63,114 bases of DNA, filler included, from Octopus bimaculoides (GCF_001194135.2; 5 parts of 5 records of this genome joined end to end with filler, not necessarily neighbours in it), one strand, 5' to 3'; positions 26,719-41,300 are shown, numbered from the whole stretch's first letter. Notes: a model not told the origin generated them from the letters alone. Translations and numbers: made by a program.

Positions 26719-29430
26719 CAGGTTGTAGTGGGTTACATGTTACCAGTAGCAATGTGAAGTGACCTGACATTATCTTGTAAGCTATCAATAAAAAGTAAAA
26801 GAAGGACATGTGTGGTCATCTAGTGCAGAACCAGCTGTATTTGAATCCCACATTTACAACTGATAATTTACACTAATTATTACAATAGCAGAAAATTTAT
26901 GTACTCAAATTGAGAATGAAATCAACTGGAATAAACCCTACCAAATCTAATTTATTGGCAGCAAAATAGGAATATTCAAATCTGCCTAAGTATTTATGTT
27001 TGCGGGAAGTTTTTGTCTAATTAGCAACAAACACTTTGACTTGTTACGAGACTGTCTGGTCCGTTGAATGAATTTGAACAAATTAAAAACATAAATGCAA
27101 AGTATTATTCAAATTTCAATAAAACAGCCTTCATTCTATTGAAATACTGATAAGGATCTTATATAATCAATTCATTAATTGTGAGCTAAAAGGAAAATCA
27201 TGGTTATTTAATTTAACAATTTATATACAAAGTCACTCAACAACAATTTTCATTCTTTCAAGAATAAAGCAGTTTTAGGCTAATTTTGAGGCACTCGTCC
27301 AAAGAATGAAATCAGTTTCTGCCAAATACTTCAAATTTAGTTGTTAATCACCAAACACTAGATATGTAAAATGACCTATAATTTTTGGCACTTAAGGAAA
27401 GTTACTGGTAGTGTTTATCCGTCATTAAAATTCATTCAATTAACTTAAAATCAGTGTGGTATCTACAGAACGCTTTTATGAAAGTCAAGCTGATTTCTTA
27501 CAAAGCTCAACAACAAAAATCTACTTATATGTCACAATGATAGAATCAGAAAACAAGTCAGTAAAGTAAAAAGGTAATAATAAAGACAGATGCCTACATT
27601 CCATAAAGTATATCGCATTGAATAGCAGACAAAAACATTTGTCTAAGTTAATTCTTGGAAACAGACGATATATGAGGAAGATACTTAAGATAAAAAAAAG
27701 TATCAACTGATATGCGTTATCGCTTGGAGTTCTGTATAATGTGGTTCTTTTTAATATCCTTTTAGAAAATTTTCTGTTCTAAGTCAAGAAAAATCGAAGG
27801 TTATAATCTTTTAAGGGCCTATAATAAGGGCATAAATAAAAGATTGGTTATTTATGAGGTTACTTAAGAAAAGTGCCTGTGTAACCATTATCAAAGATTT
27901 CAAACATTTTGGTAAAACAGCAATTCTGAAAACTATAAAGACCCAGTGAGTAAGTTGATTTTCATTCCAGAATCTAGGATATAAAGAGTGTTTGAGTGCA
28001 TTTCCTCTACAGCATCAAGCATGGCATTAAACAATCAAAAACAGTAAAAAGAGACCAGAAATGGTGGAAAACAAATAGGCAGACAGATTGTTCTTGGTAT
28101 GTATAAGAGAGCAAAACAGAAGTGATGATACTCAACCCAACTAGAATAAATAGACAGTTGCTTCCTTAAACAGTATATTTGCCACCCTACTTTTATGTTG
28201 ATGCTACATCTTTAGATGTTGAATTAACATGAAACAGATGGAACTGCCAGCTGGATAATGTATTTAACTTTTCTTCCTACTATGTAGCCCTGTTTTCTAT
28301 TTTGTCAGCTATTTTAGTAATAGTTAATGCATTCCATTTTTTTCCATGGTGGCTGGAAAGTGCAACAATTTTATTTAGTTAAATATACCAATTTTAATAA
28401 ATGCTTACAAAATATTACCAGTTTCCATTATAGAAGCTCAATGTAAACAACTAAGTGTAGGTGGAAAGATTTTAAAATCCTTAAAATGACCATATGAGCT
28501 CTTGTATAAGATAATTACAATGTATAGTCTACAAATATGTACATTTCATATACACTGTGTAACAAAAAATTGAAACTGTGTTTATAAAAATGCTTGACAT
28601 GATATGCAAATTCTTTGAGAAGATTTGAAATCAGCATGCCAAAATTAGCTATGTTAGACACTTTCCATGAAAAAGCCAAGCAATCATTTTCAGAATCTAC
28701 CCTAAGGGTACAAATAGAGTCATTATGATTTCCAGTCTAATAACTTAATATTCTAGAGTTTGCTACATGTTTTTGCCTGAGCTAACCTCTAATTAAGACA
28801 GATTGAGACTGTAATCTATATCTTTTATTTCTTTCTGTGGTCCTTCATTTGCTAATTTACTTGATGTTTACTTCCCTTGTATAGCAGGATTATTAGTTTA
28901 TTTTCAAATGAATAATTGCCTACTTTTAGTTTAAAATGCAAATGAGTTAATTAACAGTCTTAGAAAAAATAAATAAATACTACAGTAAGTAACAAAAGTA
29001 ACTTGTGTAAGAACTATGATAGTTCTTAGGGGTCAGACTGCATGCAATGCTCAAGAATTTGCAGGTTGAATATTTGTTAAGTGGTAAAAGTATATTTAAT
29101 ACTTAGAATATTCAAGAGTTAAAGTATGTTGAAATGAACAGTTAGAGTAAATGAATGACATTACTAATTTCCTTTGTGTTTATTCGTTTTGGCCACCATT
29201 GGAGAAAACATCAAATATGCTTAAGACTTATTAAGAATTTTCATCAAAAACAGAAAATGTTTGTATCTTAGACACTAATTGGGAAAAGTATGATACCCAA
29301 TGCAAGATCAGCTAATGAAACATATATCTTAAATGAAACTTGCAACAGGAAAGGTTACCATTAGCTTTGAAAAGTGTTTGCACATGTGTGTGTATGTGCA
29401 TGCATGTTGTGTGATGTGTATTTGTATGCA

Positions 29431-29502
<72 letters not shown>

Positions 29503-32017
29503 TTTGCTTATTAATGATCCAGAAAATACCAACAGTCCATGATATCACTATCACTTTGAAGAAAGAGTTTGTCCAATCCAAATGTATAGAAGGCAGCTTC
29601 CACATAGATAATAACAAAAAAAAAAAATTATAAGCTATTTAGATCATTAGAATATAATGACAATGAATGTAATTTTTGTTAATTTTATAAAATATCAGCA
29701 AGCCTTCCCAGTGAGGTGTGACATCAATTGGAAGTAATTTATAATCCTATTATCAACACACACACACACACACACACACATCCCATACACACACGCACAT
29801 GCACGCACACAGACACACATACACACACACATACATACGCATGCATAAATATAAATACATATATACACATACCATATACATGCACATACATATATATACA
29901 TATTTATATATATGTATGTGTGTATCTGTTTATATTGAATGAATTAGAGGAACTGTGTGAAATCTTTTGGGAAGGATACGAAAAAAGGAAAATAATTAGA
30001 TTGTCTTTGGAAAAGTGAAAAATCTATTTTATAGAATGTTCATTGAATTAGGTACATATGTACGCAATAAGCACGAAAATATATTTATCACTTGTGAAGC
30101 AGGTAGTTTGGTTCTAGTCAGACAAATGAAGAAGAGATAAATAAGAGAGAGATGTACCAAGAGAATGTAAATTTGAATAATTATTGCTAATGTTATTCTA
30201 CATATTGTCAGCATTTGAGTCTTAGAGATTTGTGGTATTTGTTCCATTTTTCTGATCTCAGTGTTCAAAATGATACTTTGAATATGGGCCAAATGGGCTG
30301 CAAAAATCATACAAAGCAAAAGGACAATGAGAATTTACATACATGTATATCAACAATGAAATCATAAGAAATTTAATAAAAATAAAATTCTCCAGTAGTG
30401 GAGAATACCATCCAGAGGTAATCAATAGATCCCACAGAATCTGGATCAATCTGAGAACAGGAAGCATCTTCTCTCATCTGTTCTCTCCAATTTACCTTAG
30501 AGTTCACCCACTGGGCCCATTCTCACCATAGTCACCTACATTTCAACAAATTTACAGGATGGTGGGCAGCAATTCCCTGTCTACCCTCACCTGCCTTCTG
30601 AAGTGGAATTTCAAAATGTTAGTGAGGGCTTAACCATAGACAGAAGTGTGCCTTTAGTCTTTTCAGTCTTGTTCACTACTTAGCCTCTTTCACCATAACC
30701 AGCAAACAGAGTAAAAACAAGGTCAGTTTTGCCACTCTTCCTTTTGGGGCTGGTTGATAATGCTGTGTCAATTATTTTCTGTCTCTCTGCCTGATTGTCT
30801 TTTTTCTCCCTCTCAGAAGAAGCCATGCTGATCTGTGAGAAGATTCAACAAGAGCACATACAGAATCCATTTTTCCAGAAATGGAGACAGGTTGTACAAT
30901 CTTTAACCACAACAAAAATTGACTTGTTACTAAAACCGTCCAAAAACTGCCTGACATGATGTAGAACAAGGAACAAAAATTAAGAATAATTAAGAAGATA
31001 TTAAAGTTGTCAAGCAAGACTAGAGTAATTAAAAGTTTAGTAGATCAAATTAACTGATATTCCTAATGAGGTCCATGTTAACACTATCGTTAAAGGTCAG
31101 AAAGATAAAGAATAATTACTGATGTGGAAAACATAAAAGACTAAAACTAAGAGAGCATAAAATGAAAGTAATAGAATAGCTATTATAGAACATAAAGCCA
31201 TCTGTGATGGCCTTATAATGTATAAGTCAAGCTATTATTTTCAGATCAGAACAAAGATGACTCTAAGAAACTTATAGTTTTATTAATTCCGGCAACTAAT
31301 TTCATTATGTGTTTTTAAACAATAAAAAACCATGTTAACCTCTTGAATATATTAAAGTAGCATTTAGTTATTAAGAAAATGATATTGAGCAGCTTGTATT
31401 TTGACAACTTAAACCTTATGTAGGATTATCATCATCAGGAGCTATGATTTGCTGTAATGATTTTAGCGAAGATGGTTGGTGGGGATGATTGCATTCCAGT
31501 TTCTAATAGTAGTTGTCAGTTTGGGTAGATGTAATAATGATAATTTATGTTAGGTATAAACTTTGAAGGATGGAGTTTTGTTGATTAAATGGATCCATGA
31601 TATCTGTGACTGATGTGTGCAAAATTTATTAAAGAACCTTGATTTTTAAGGATGTTGTGCAAAAGTAATCTTGCATATGGCTAATTTAGTACATAATAAA
31701 CCTGGAGCATTATTTAGCATTTTGTTTTCCATTTTGAATAAATAATCTACCAGAACTTTCTTGTTTGTTTTGAGATGTTAAAATCATTTAGTTGATGTTT
31801 TGTACAAAGTGAAATTTTCGAGCTTTGTCAGCTATTAGTGTTATTGGCAAAGTGTTTCACTGCTTCAACTGTTCAACTGTTATTGTGAATCTAGGAAACT
31901 AAATTGATTTGTACATTGGTAAAGGTTGTGGTATCTAGCTAAGTATGATGCACTGAAAAGGTTTGATGATATTATCATTCATTGTGACTACTGAACACTG
32001 TATAGAGGAGTTCCTAT

Positions 32018-32320
32018 CATCATCATCATCATCATCGTTTAACGTCCGCTTTCCATGCTAGCATGGGTTGGACGATTTGACTGAGGACTGGTAAAACCGG
32101 ATGGCAACACCAGGCTCCAGTCTGATTTGGCAGAGTTTCTACAGCTGGATGCCCTTCCTAACGCCAACCACTCAGAGAGTGTAGTGGGTGCTTTTACGTG
32201 TCACCCGCACGAAAACGGCCACGCTCGAAATGGTGTCTTTTATGTGCCACCCGCACAAGCCAGTCCAGGGGCACTGGCAACGATCTCACCCGAAAATCCT
32301 ACAGGAGCCAGTATATAAAG
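32018..32320 (-). mobile_element. RTE-like 3' end / derived non-autonomous element with a (GAT)n tail
   Basis: (cat)n-cgtttaacgtccgctttccatgctagcatgggttggac...; the same family occurs at 42486. Confidence 0.7.
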
Positions 32321-32927
32321 ATTTTAAAGGCGATGAGAAGGTCTTAACAAACTTAAGGAAAACAGATGGAATAACTTTGTAACTTGTATCTGAAATGTAG
32401 TCAGTGAAAGTTATATGATGTTTTCTGTGGATGTCTAGAATATTTAAAGGATATGGAATAGAAATGGAAACTTGGTAACTGATAGATTTTCTTTCTTTTA
32501 TATAAATGTGAAATTCATTTAGAAAAGCTAAAGAGAATAGATTTTGGTGAGCAATAACCACTCTTTGGGCTTATTTCATAGCCTATGGTTCCACCTCAAG
32601 AAATGTACACTGCTGTTCAGTGATATAGGACTGAAAAATATACTATCATTATATATTCAATCATCTTTATAATGAATGTAGTTTCTATATTTTCAGACTG
32701 AGTAGTTCTCTTGATATTTTGTTATAATTTTTGGCAATATGATGAGATGCATAGCAATAACATTTGAAGCATCTCACCATGAAGAGAGCCCATTATCAAA
32801 TTAACAATATATATTATTATATTTTTTAGCAAAAAAGGTATGCATTAATCTGTGAGTTCCATATTAAATTGTTCTGGTGTGTCTAGTTTTTTATAGATAG
32901 ATAGATAGATAGAAAAATAGATAAATG

Positions 32928-32965
<38 letters not shown>

Positions 32966-34759
32966 CAGATAGATAGATTAGGTGAAACAAACAGACAGAC
33001 AGGCAGACAGCAGGCATTCATTGTTATTGACAGAAATTGATCCCTATAAGCCTGAGTGTAAATATAGAGGAAGATAAATTTCACTGCTTGATTTATTGGT
33101 TTATAAAGATTATGTTTATATCAGGAATAAATAATAAAGAAATAAACATTCATAGTTTCAATAACTGGATGTAAGAAGACAGCAAAAATATGTCAGAACT
33201 TTCTCAAAAAAAAATTGAACGTTAGTTTCATTGAATATTATTTGTAAATATTTTCCTTTTATATTTAAATATGTTATCATATTTATATTGAATGCAGTTT
33301 TTAGAGAAAATACCTATGGGCAATATGTCTTAGTGATTTACTCAATAAATATACATCAAATATCTCACTCCACACATTTTTAGCTTTCAACTTACCAAAT
33401 GTGTCATTTCACAACTTTTTATTCTTTAGCTTATCTAAAGGTTTCTTTTTCATCAAATCATTCCTTTAAACTATTATCAATCTTTATATTTCTTGTTTAT
33501 ACAATATCCTTTCACTGATTTTAAAATTATATGAAATATATTTTTCGTGCATTAGACGGAGATATCATTAGCTTATAAAAATAAAGTCTTACAATATTGT
33601 TTGTTCAAGCTGTCGTGAGCTGGATGAGTTTGCACAAAAATACAATATATCCACTCATTCCCTATCTGCCATAATTTACTTCAGAAGGCTAACATACAAA
33701 GACTTAATGCAGCATTCGCATCATTTATATTTACTAACACATTCTGTTAACTGAATATGATAGTTCTCATCCAACAAATCTCATTGTACTACTCATCCAT
33801 AGAACCATAATAATATTTTTTCATATAACCTTAATGTGGTTTTCATGAGACAGGTTTGTTGCAGTCAATAAAAATAGCAATTTTCAGATTGATGTCATTT
33901 TAGAGGATAAAACTATGCTTCTTAAAAGAAGATACCAGAGAAAATATAAATATGTTTTAGGCTTGTGGAATGGAGTCAGTAGATTCAAGAGAGAATTATT
34001 TATTTTACTAATGATATAACAAAGAAGAAGAAAGAAGAAAGGTGAGAAAGACACATAGAGAGATGGACGAAACTTGATGACAGAGTGGTGAATGAACAGA
34101 ACTTTTAAAGTGTTCTGTTAGCTTAAAGAGATACAACCTGGCCTGTTGATGCTTGTTGATTTGATATTTCATCTACTTGTGTTGCATTACTGAAGGCAGC
34201 TTTCATGATATATTATATAGTCTCAGTGTTCTGACATGCAGCTCTCCGGTCACTTCAGGTTTATCAATAATATACATGTTGTAAATATTCAGGCTTCTTC
34301 ATTCAGTGCTTGTAGGTAGACTGAGTTTACAAAAAGTATGCTAAAGTATTGCAACTAGTCAAATTAGCAATTTTAGAAAATTTGTACACCGTAACTGGTG
34401 ATTTAATATCAATAAAGGAAACTCTTATGAAGATTGATACCAGAAGACGTACAGTTCAAATCTGTAATGTGTCTTATTAATCTGAATTTCAGGGGTCGTT
34501 ATTTACCGTGAGAAAACCAATTCAGATAAAAGAATAATTAAGTCATGTATGTGTGTGTATATGTATACATGTGTGTGAGTGTGTATGTATGTGTGTGTAC
34601 ATATATGTATGTACGTATGTATGTATGTATGTATGTATGTATAGATGTATACATGTATATATATATAAACCTTGGGCAAGTGTCTTCTACTATAGCCTCG
34701 GGGCCGACTAAAGCCTTGTGAGTGGATTTGGTAGACGGAAACTGAAAGAAACTCGTCAT

Positions 34760-34796
<37 letters not shown>

Positions 34797-36789
34797 NNNN
34801 NNNNNNNNNNNNNNNNNNNNNNNNNNNNNNNNNNNNNNNNNNNNNNNNNNNNNNNNNNNNNNNNNNNNNNNNNNNNNNNNNNNNNNNNNNNNNNNNNNNN
34901 NNNNNNNNNNNNNNNNNNNNNNNNNNNNNNNNNNNNNNNNNNNNNNNNNNNNNNNNNNNNNNNNNNNNNNNNNNNNNNNNNNNNNNNNNNNNNNNNNNNN
35001 NNNNNNNNNNNNNNNNNNNNNNNNNNNNNNNNNNNNNNNNNNNNNNNNNNNNNNNNNNNNNNNNNNNNNNNNNNNNNNNNNNNNNNNNNNNNNNNNNNNN
35101 NNNNNNNNNNNNNNNNNNNNNNNNNNNNNNNNNNNNNNNNNNNNNNNNNNNNNNNNNNNNNNNNNNNNNNNNNNNNNNNNNNNNNNNNNNNNNNNNNNNN
35201 NNNNNNNNNNNNNNNNNNNNNNNNNNNNNNNNNNNNNNNNNNNNNNNNNNNNNNNNNNNNNNNNNNNNNNNNNNNNNNNNNNNNNNNNNNNNNNNNNNNN
35301 NNNNNNNNNNNNNNNNNNNNNNNNNNNNNNNNNNNNNNNNNNNNNNNNNNNNNNNNNNNNNNNNTATATATATATATATATATATATGAGTGTATATTTG
35401 TATGTCTGCCTCTGTCCCCCCCCCCACTATCGCTTGACAACCGATATTGGTGTGTTTACATCCCTGTAACCTAGCAGTTCGGTAAAAGGAACGGATAGAA
35501 TAAGTACTAGGCTTACAAAGAATAAGTCTTGGGGTCGATTTGTTCAACAAAAGGTGGTGCTCCAGCATGGCCGCAATCAAATGACTGAAACAAGAATATA
35601 TTTATGCATGTGTTCGTGCATGTATGTATTTTATTTTCTAGAGTCCTGTACTTTTAGCTAACGTAATATTTCACATTTTCTGAACGTAAATTCGTTTGTT
35701 TGCAGAGCTCTTTTATTATATTTGCGAAATATTTATTCCTGTTAATTACTAAAATACTAATTTCTGTAATTTGATTTTGAATTATTTTTTTTATTAATAA
35801 CTTCAGTTAATACAGCTTCTTTTTGTTAATCATTGTACAAGCAAACAGTCAGTAACAGAATTTTTAATATATTTGGTTCCTGTCGTTTCTTGCCAGGGCT
35901 AATCACTATATTTTACTGACTTGAAATAAAGCTGTGAATTACTGTTAAGGTTACCTCTTATTTGTTATCCACTGTTAGTTCTTTTACGACTGTATTCATT
36001 AAAAATACAAACTCTCGTATGAAGGAAATATATTTGATAACGATATATTTCTTTTTTTAATTATTAGATTTTTCTCCACAAGTAAGGAATTGACTTCTAA
36101 CAAAGAATCAAGATGCCATCACTGGAATTTGGTTAAGAAGTTAACAACAACGAGTATTATACGCAGGATTTAGAAAAGTGTTTCAGATTTTTACTATTCC
36201 CCTTATAAGTTGTGTTTGTAATGGTTTCGATATTGTTTCATTTCGCATCAACAGATGATTGCTGTTGGTCGAGTCATGTGATACACTTCTCATTGGTCTG
36301 CTCAACATGCTGCAAATAAAGTGGATATTGAATTCGCTGTTTGGTAGATCTAGAGCGCTATGTAACTGAAGTGGGACCGTTGTTTTATTAAATTCATACA
36401 AGGTAAGTCTAGGATACTACTGTGCATCAAAACTTAATTCAAATCCATTGCGGTGTTATGTGCGTTTGAATGCAGTGTAAAGGAGGGAACTGACGCATGA
36501 AAACGCAGAGAAAAAAATTAAATATTCGGAAATCTCTACTATCAGATTTAAAAATGTCTTGGAAATATAACTATAGAAATAATTATTGCTCAAGTAATCT
36601 GTTATTTTCTTTTGATGAAAAATGAACAGAGATAAGAGGCTATGAGAAGCAAAAAGGAAAGCAAAAAGGCCCTCTCTACTAATAAGAAAAAGAGTAGACC
36701 TCAAGATAAAGCTAGAAAAATACATGCGGTAGAATCCATTTTTGCCATGCTGAACTGATGTTCACATTTTTCGCAAAAGACACGAAATA

Positions 36790-37012
36790 CAGTAATCCTT
36801 CAACTGTCGCAGGTGTTACGTTCCAAAAACCTCTGCGATAGGTGAAAATCTGCGAAGTAGAAACAGTACTGTTCAGTTTATTTTTTTTTAAATTATTTTC
36901 ATAATTTGTATATATTTATTTTATTATAAATGCAAAAAGACACCACGGAGGAACCGACAAGCTTAAATAATAAACTGCGATAGGTGAACCGCGATATGGC
37001 GAGGGACTACTG
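36790..37012. mobile_element. pogo/Tigger-like MITE
   Basis: TA|CAGTAATCCTTC ... GAGGGACTACTG|TA: imperfect TIRs with a TA duplication. Confidence 0.8.
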
Positions 37013-37025
37013 TAATTGATATTGC

Positions 37026-37410
37026 TGTGCTGTTGGCTCTCGGTCGCTTACGACGTCGAGGGTTCCAGTTGATCCAATCAACGGAACAGCCTGCTCGTGA
37101 AATTAACGTGCAAGTGGCTGAGCACTCCACAGATACATGTACCCTTAACGTAGTTCTCGGGGAGGTTCAGCATAACACAGAGTGTGACAAGGCTGACCCT
37201 TTGAATTACAGGCACAACAGAAACAGGAAGTAAGAGTGAGAGAAAGTTGTGGTGAAAGAGTACAGCAGAGTTCGCCACCATCCCACTGCCGGAGCCTCGT
37301 GGAGCTTTAGGTGTTTTCGCTCAATAAACACTCACAACGCCCGGTCTGGGAATCGAAACTGCGATCCTATTACCGCGAGTCTGCTGCCCTAACCACTGGG
37401 CCAATGCGCC
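37026..37410 (-). mobile_element. tRNA-derived SINE (third family)
   Basis: The minus strand starts ggcgcattggcccagtggttagggcagcagactcgcgg...ttcgattcc, a tRNA-like A/B-box head. Confidence 0.8.
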
Positions 37411-38099
37411 TACACAATTGATAGAGCTACTACCATATGAGCTGACAGATGATGAAAGTACTAGTCGTGTTGACTGAAATCCAACCTTTGGAACATCCGG
37501 GTGATAGGTTCCTTGTAAAATCATGCAACCAATGTATGAATTGAAATTACTGTACATTATAATGACGGGGATTTCATGCCCAGTCCAACAAAATCACTCT
37601 TAGATATAATAATTTTAACATCCAGCAAAATGAGAGTGTTAGGGGATACGGTAAACCAATTTCCGCCTTGGGTATTCACCCATGTGTGTATGTGAGCGGA
37701 GATTACCCAAAATATTTTTCATGCATTTTTAAACATTGTTTTATTTTTGTACGTTTTATATAACTTTACATTTATTCTGTGCTTGATTTATCAGTTTTTT
37801 AAAAAGGTTCTTTACTCGTATATATATAATTTTGCCTTGTCCATCTCTCATATTTTGTAAGCCACGATATTTTAACATGTATTGTCTGTATGAACTCTTG
37901 GCTGATAAAGAACAAAGAAATATTTTTTATTGGATTAAGAAATTACTATCCTTATTCGAACCCAAAAAGGATGAAAGGTCAACTTCGCCTGTCATTTTTG
38001 GGGTGATCAGTAAATGAAGTACCATTTGTACACTGGGGTCAATGTAACTGAATTTCCCCTACTCGCAAAATTGCTGGCCTCGTACCAATAGTAGAAAGG

Positions 38100-38143
<44 letters not shown>

Positions 38144-38144
<1 letters not shown>

Positions 38145-38688
38145 GAGTGAGAGAGTAGTGTATGCCATCAAAGTGATACTAGGGTAAAATATGCGAAGCC
38201 CAGTATACCCATCATGACTACCCGTCTGATAAGGGTACACCAGGCACATGCATCACAACCATATGTGCACGACATGGTGATCTCATCAAGATAAACAGTG
38301 CGTGACCTTGCAGGTGAGGCTCAGTTACAATTTTTTTCAGGTCGAGTAGCTTATCCCATTCGAAAGGTCCCTGAATAAGGGCTGTTTAGGGATGCTGAAC
38401 AAAACACTCATGTTTCCAAAGGTGAATTATCCAAACTNNNNNNNNNNTCAACACATGGCTATGATGCTCCCCTAGTTCTGCTCGCAAGCAGAGATGCACA
38501 TATCGTCAGCCACCAAGGGAATGCTCAAATGGTTAAGGTCAAATAATCGACAAGCAAATCTACGGTATTGAACAGAATATTTGCTGTAGCGCATCTTTTA
38601 TGCCAAGCCAAAACAATGTACATGATAACACTTCCAATCAGTTAAGATCAGAAGCCATGAGACCTACTACCTGGTACTGCACCAGAGC

Positions 38689-38690
<2 letters not shown>
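38144..38690. mobile_element. Most complete copy of the ~550-bp non-coding element flanked by (TTA)n on both sides
   Basis: tgagtgagagagtagtgtatgccatc ... ctggtactgcaccagagcat between TTA arrays. Homologous copies at 23.6, 23.9 and 58.5 kb. Confidence 0.88.
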
Positions 38691-38733
<43 letters not shown>

Positions 38734-38737
<4 letters not shown>

Positions 38738-40280
38738 TAGTCTTATTTTATCACGTGCTTTCACTTCACTACCGAGCACAGCTCTGTATGCCTTGGATAT
38801 GTGCTGTGGTTTGTTGTGGTGTTCTTATTTTCACTCTATTGAAAGTGCTTTACGTAGGATGTGCGCAGTACCTAATAGTGTAAGTTGTACACATTCGTAA
38901 GTCCTGGTCTTTTCGTAATGCATTTGTCTGAATATATTTTAATCCTACCTATCCAATTATTATAGGGATTGTTTCTGATATTTTGGCTTCACATTCGAGT
39001 TGCCTCTATTTCCAGATCTGTGTATTTTGAGAGTTTTTCCATTTCTTTTTGAGACACATTGTCAACTGTTGGTATTGATACATCTATTAGAGGGCATTTT
39101 TTCTTGGTGATTTCTGACAACTATATCCAGTTCATTAGCCTTAATTTCTCTATCTGTGTGTTTTGGTATATCCCAGAGTGCGGTTGCTTTCTCATTTTCT
39201 GTGGCCTTTATCTGGAGTGTGCCTATACCTTCTTTTTTCTGTTGTCATTCCATAGTGTTGGCATAGCTTCCAGTGTATATAGGTCTCAACTCTGTCATGT
39301 CTGTGGATATATTCCTTCTTAACCAGGACTGGGCAGCCAGAAATAATATGATTTATTGTTTCTTCCCTATCGCCACATTTTCTGCAGTTATTTGTATTTT
39401 TTTTTTATTGTGTGTTTTTTGGTGGTTTCTGGTGAGGAAGCTTTGATCTTGTGCTGTGGTTAAAAATCCTTCAATCTCTGCTTTCAGTTCTGAGCTATTA
39501 TTTTGGTTTGACTCAGGCTCGGTCTTATTCCTGATCAGAATTATGTGGATAGCGGGTTACTACCTGTAACCTTAAGTATCCACAAGGTTTCAGCAATCCT
39601 ATTTTTATCACATGCTTTCATTGCACTACTGAGCGCAGCTCTGCGTGCCTTGGGTATGTGCTGTGGTTTTTTATGGTGCTCTTATTTTCACTCGATTGAA
39701 AGCGCTTTACATAGCTTGTGTGCGGCACCTAGCACTGCTATCTTCTGTATGTTATATACTTATATGCTTATATGCTTAGAACTCTCCTAATAATCCTTGC
39801 TGTCCCTTGCTGACAAACTTACTGTATGAGTTCTACGGGGCATTCTATTTCAATCTCCTTCAGCCATTTGTTTATATCTTTGCTTACTGTTTCCAACACT
39901 CCAATTATTATTGGCACGAACTTTACTGATCACATGATCCAAATTCTTCCTATTTCAATTTTCAAGGGATTGTGTTATTTGGTTTTGTTTTCCTTCCTTT
40001 TCTTTACTCTTCTATAACATTCCTTCCTAACCTTCTCTTTCATGATTGCATGCTGGATACCAGAGCCTTCATTTATTCCTAGGTATCTATAGGTTTGTTC
40101 CTGCTCAAGATCCTTTATTACTGTTTCGACATCTAATTCTATTCAACTTGACTTTACCAGTTTCCCTTTCTTAAAAGTGGCCTTGGCACACTTTTCAAGG
40201 CCAAACTCCATCCAGATATCATCACGGAATCCTTTCAGAGTATGTAGTAGTCCTAGCGCTCCTGTCAGGAAGCTGTCAAC
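38734..40280 (-). mobile_element. R4/Dong-like non-LTR retrotransposon remnants (zinc knuckle, restriction-like endonuclease, RT thumb; two 3' ends)
   Basis: The minus strand gives CRKCGDREETINHIISGCPVL..YIHRHD and LWD...DREIKAN..DIVV, plus FGLEKCAKATFKKGKLVKS and YRYLG. The 3' end abuts (TTA)n at 38694-38733. Confidence 0.88.
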
Positions 40281-40458
40281 CTGAAGGCGAAAAATGTTCA
40301 AATGGCAGAATATCTTCCCCGAATACGAACCTGGAAGGTCACTTAAACGGGATTTGTCCCAAATTAAGCCCCCAAAGTTCACCACCACAACGACCACAAA
40401 ATCAAAAATCTAAAAGAACTTAATGGAACCGGGAAGAATATAAAGAAGTAATATACGC

Positions 40459-40517
<59 letters not shown>

Positions 40518-40518
40518 G

Positions 40519-40683
40519 TTCAGTAGTTTTATTTTTATAACGTGCTTTCACTTCACTACCGAGCGCAGCTCTGTGCGCCTTGGGTATGTGCTGTGGTTTG
40601 CTGTGGTGCTCTTATGGTTACTGTATTGAAAGTGTTTTGCGTAGGATGTATGCTGTGCCCAGTAGTGCAATTTTCTGTATGTT
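40519..40683 (-). mobile_element. 3' end of another copy of the same R4/Dong-like family
   Basis: Closely matches 38734-38880 (cagtag..gtgctttcacttcactaccgagc..) and abuts (TTA)n at 40459-40518. Confidence 0.88.
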
Positions 40684-40944
40684 NNNNNNNNNNNNNNNNN
40701 NNNNNNNNNNNNNNNNNNNNNNNNNNNTTAATTAATTAANNNNNNNNNNNNNNNNNNNNNNNNNNNNNNNNNNNNNNNNNNNNTATATATATATATGGGG
40801 TAAATTGTCACCATTTTAAATTTTTTATTTCACACATGCACATTGTTTTTGATTTTGTTAACTACATTACACAATAGAGTAGGGTCAGTTGGGCAGCATC
40901 TGTGAGAAAAACAACACCATGACACAATTCACTCTGCCAGAAAT

Positions 40945-41300
40945 TTGGAAACGACATGCTGTACTGCTTGGCATTTGTGCCTGAAGCTCCAATACAAGCA
41001 TTTCAGAGTATTTGGATGTCAATCTGAGGACATAATAATGGAAATGAGATTCGTCAGGTCATTAACCAGCCATGTATGGCAGCTAATAGACAATGGGATT
41101 CCATACACAATATCATGGAGAATCCTGGCCTGCATTAACAGGTTCAACTACTGTAAATTATGCATAGCAGAATGGGCGAGGAGCCTAAAGGACTCTCTTA
41201 ACCCAGGGAACATCCTGAAATCCAGAATGGAGGTCTTAGGGCCATGCTTGCATTCCAAGCAATTCCTGCCAGCCTATTGGAACTCACAGGAATAGCAGGG
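40945..41300 (+). mobile_element. Penelope-like GIY-YIG endonuclease C-terminal remnant
   Basis: LTSHVWQLIDNGIPYTISWRIL..CKLC..E..LN..CLH pattern, typical of the PLE endonuclease tail. Confidence 0.75.

Noticed and set aside
29500-29617. DWTNSFF...GIFWII resembling SLC17 TM6
   Set aside because: Wrong strand relative to the SLC17 exons, and no usable splice sites.
38470-38520. CTGACGA hammerhead-like box on the minus strand of the 550-bp element
   Set aside because: No matching GAAA box or consistent stems.
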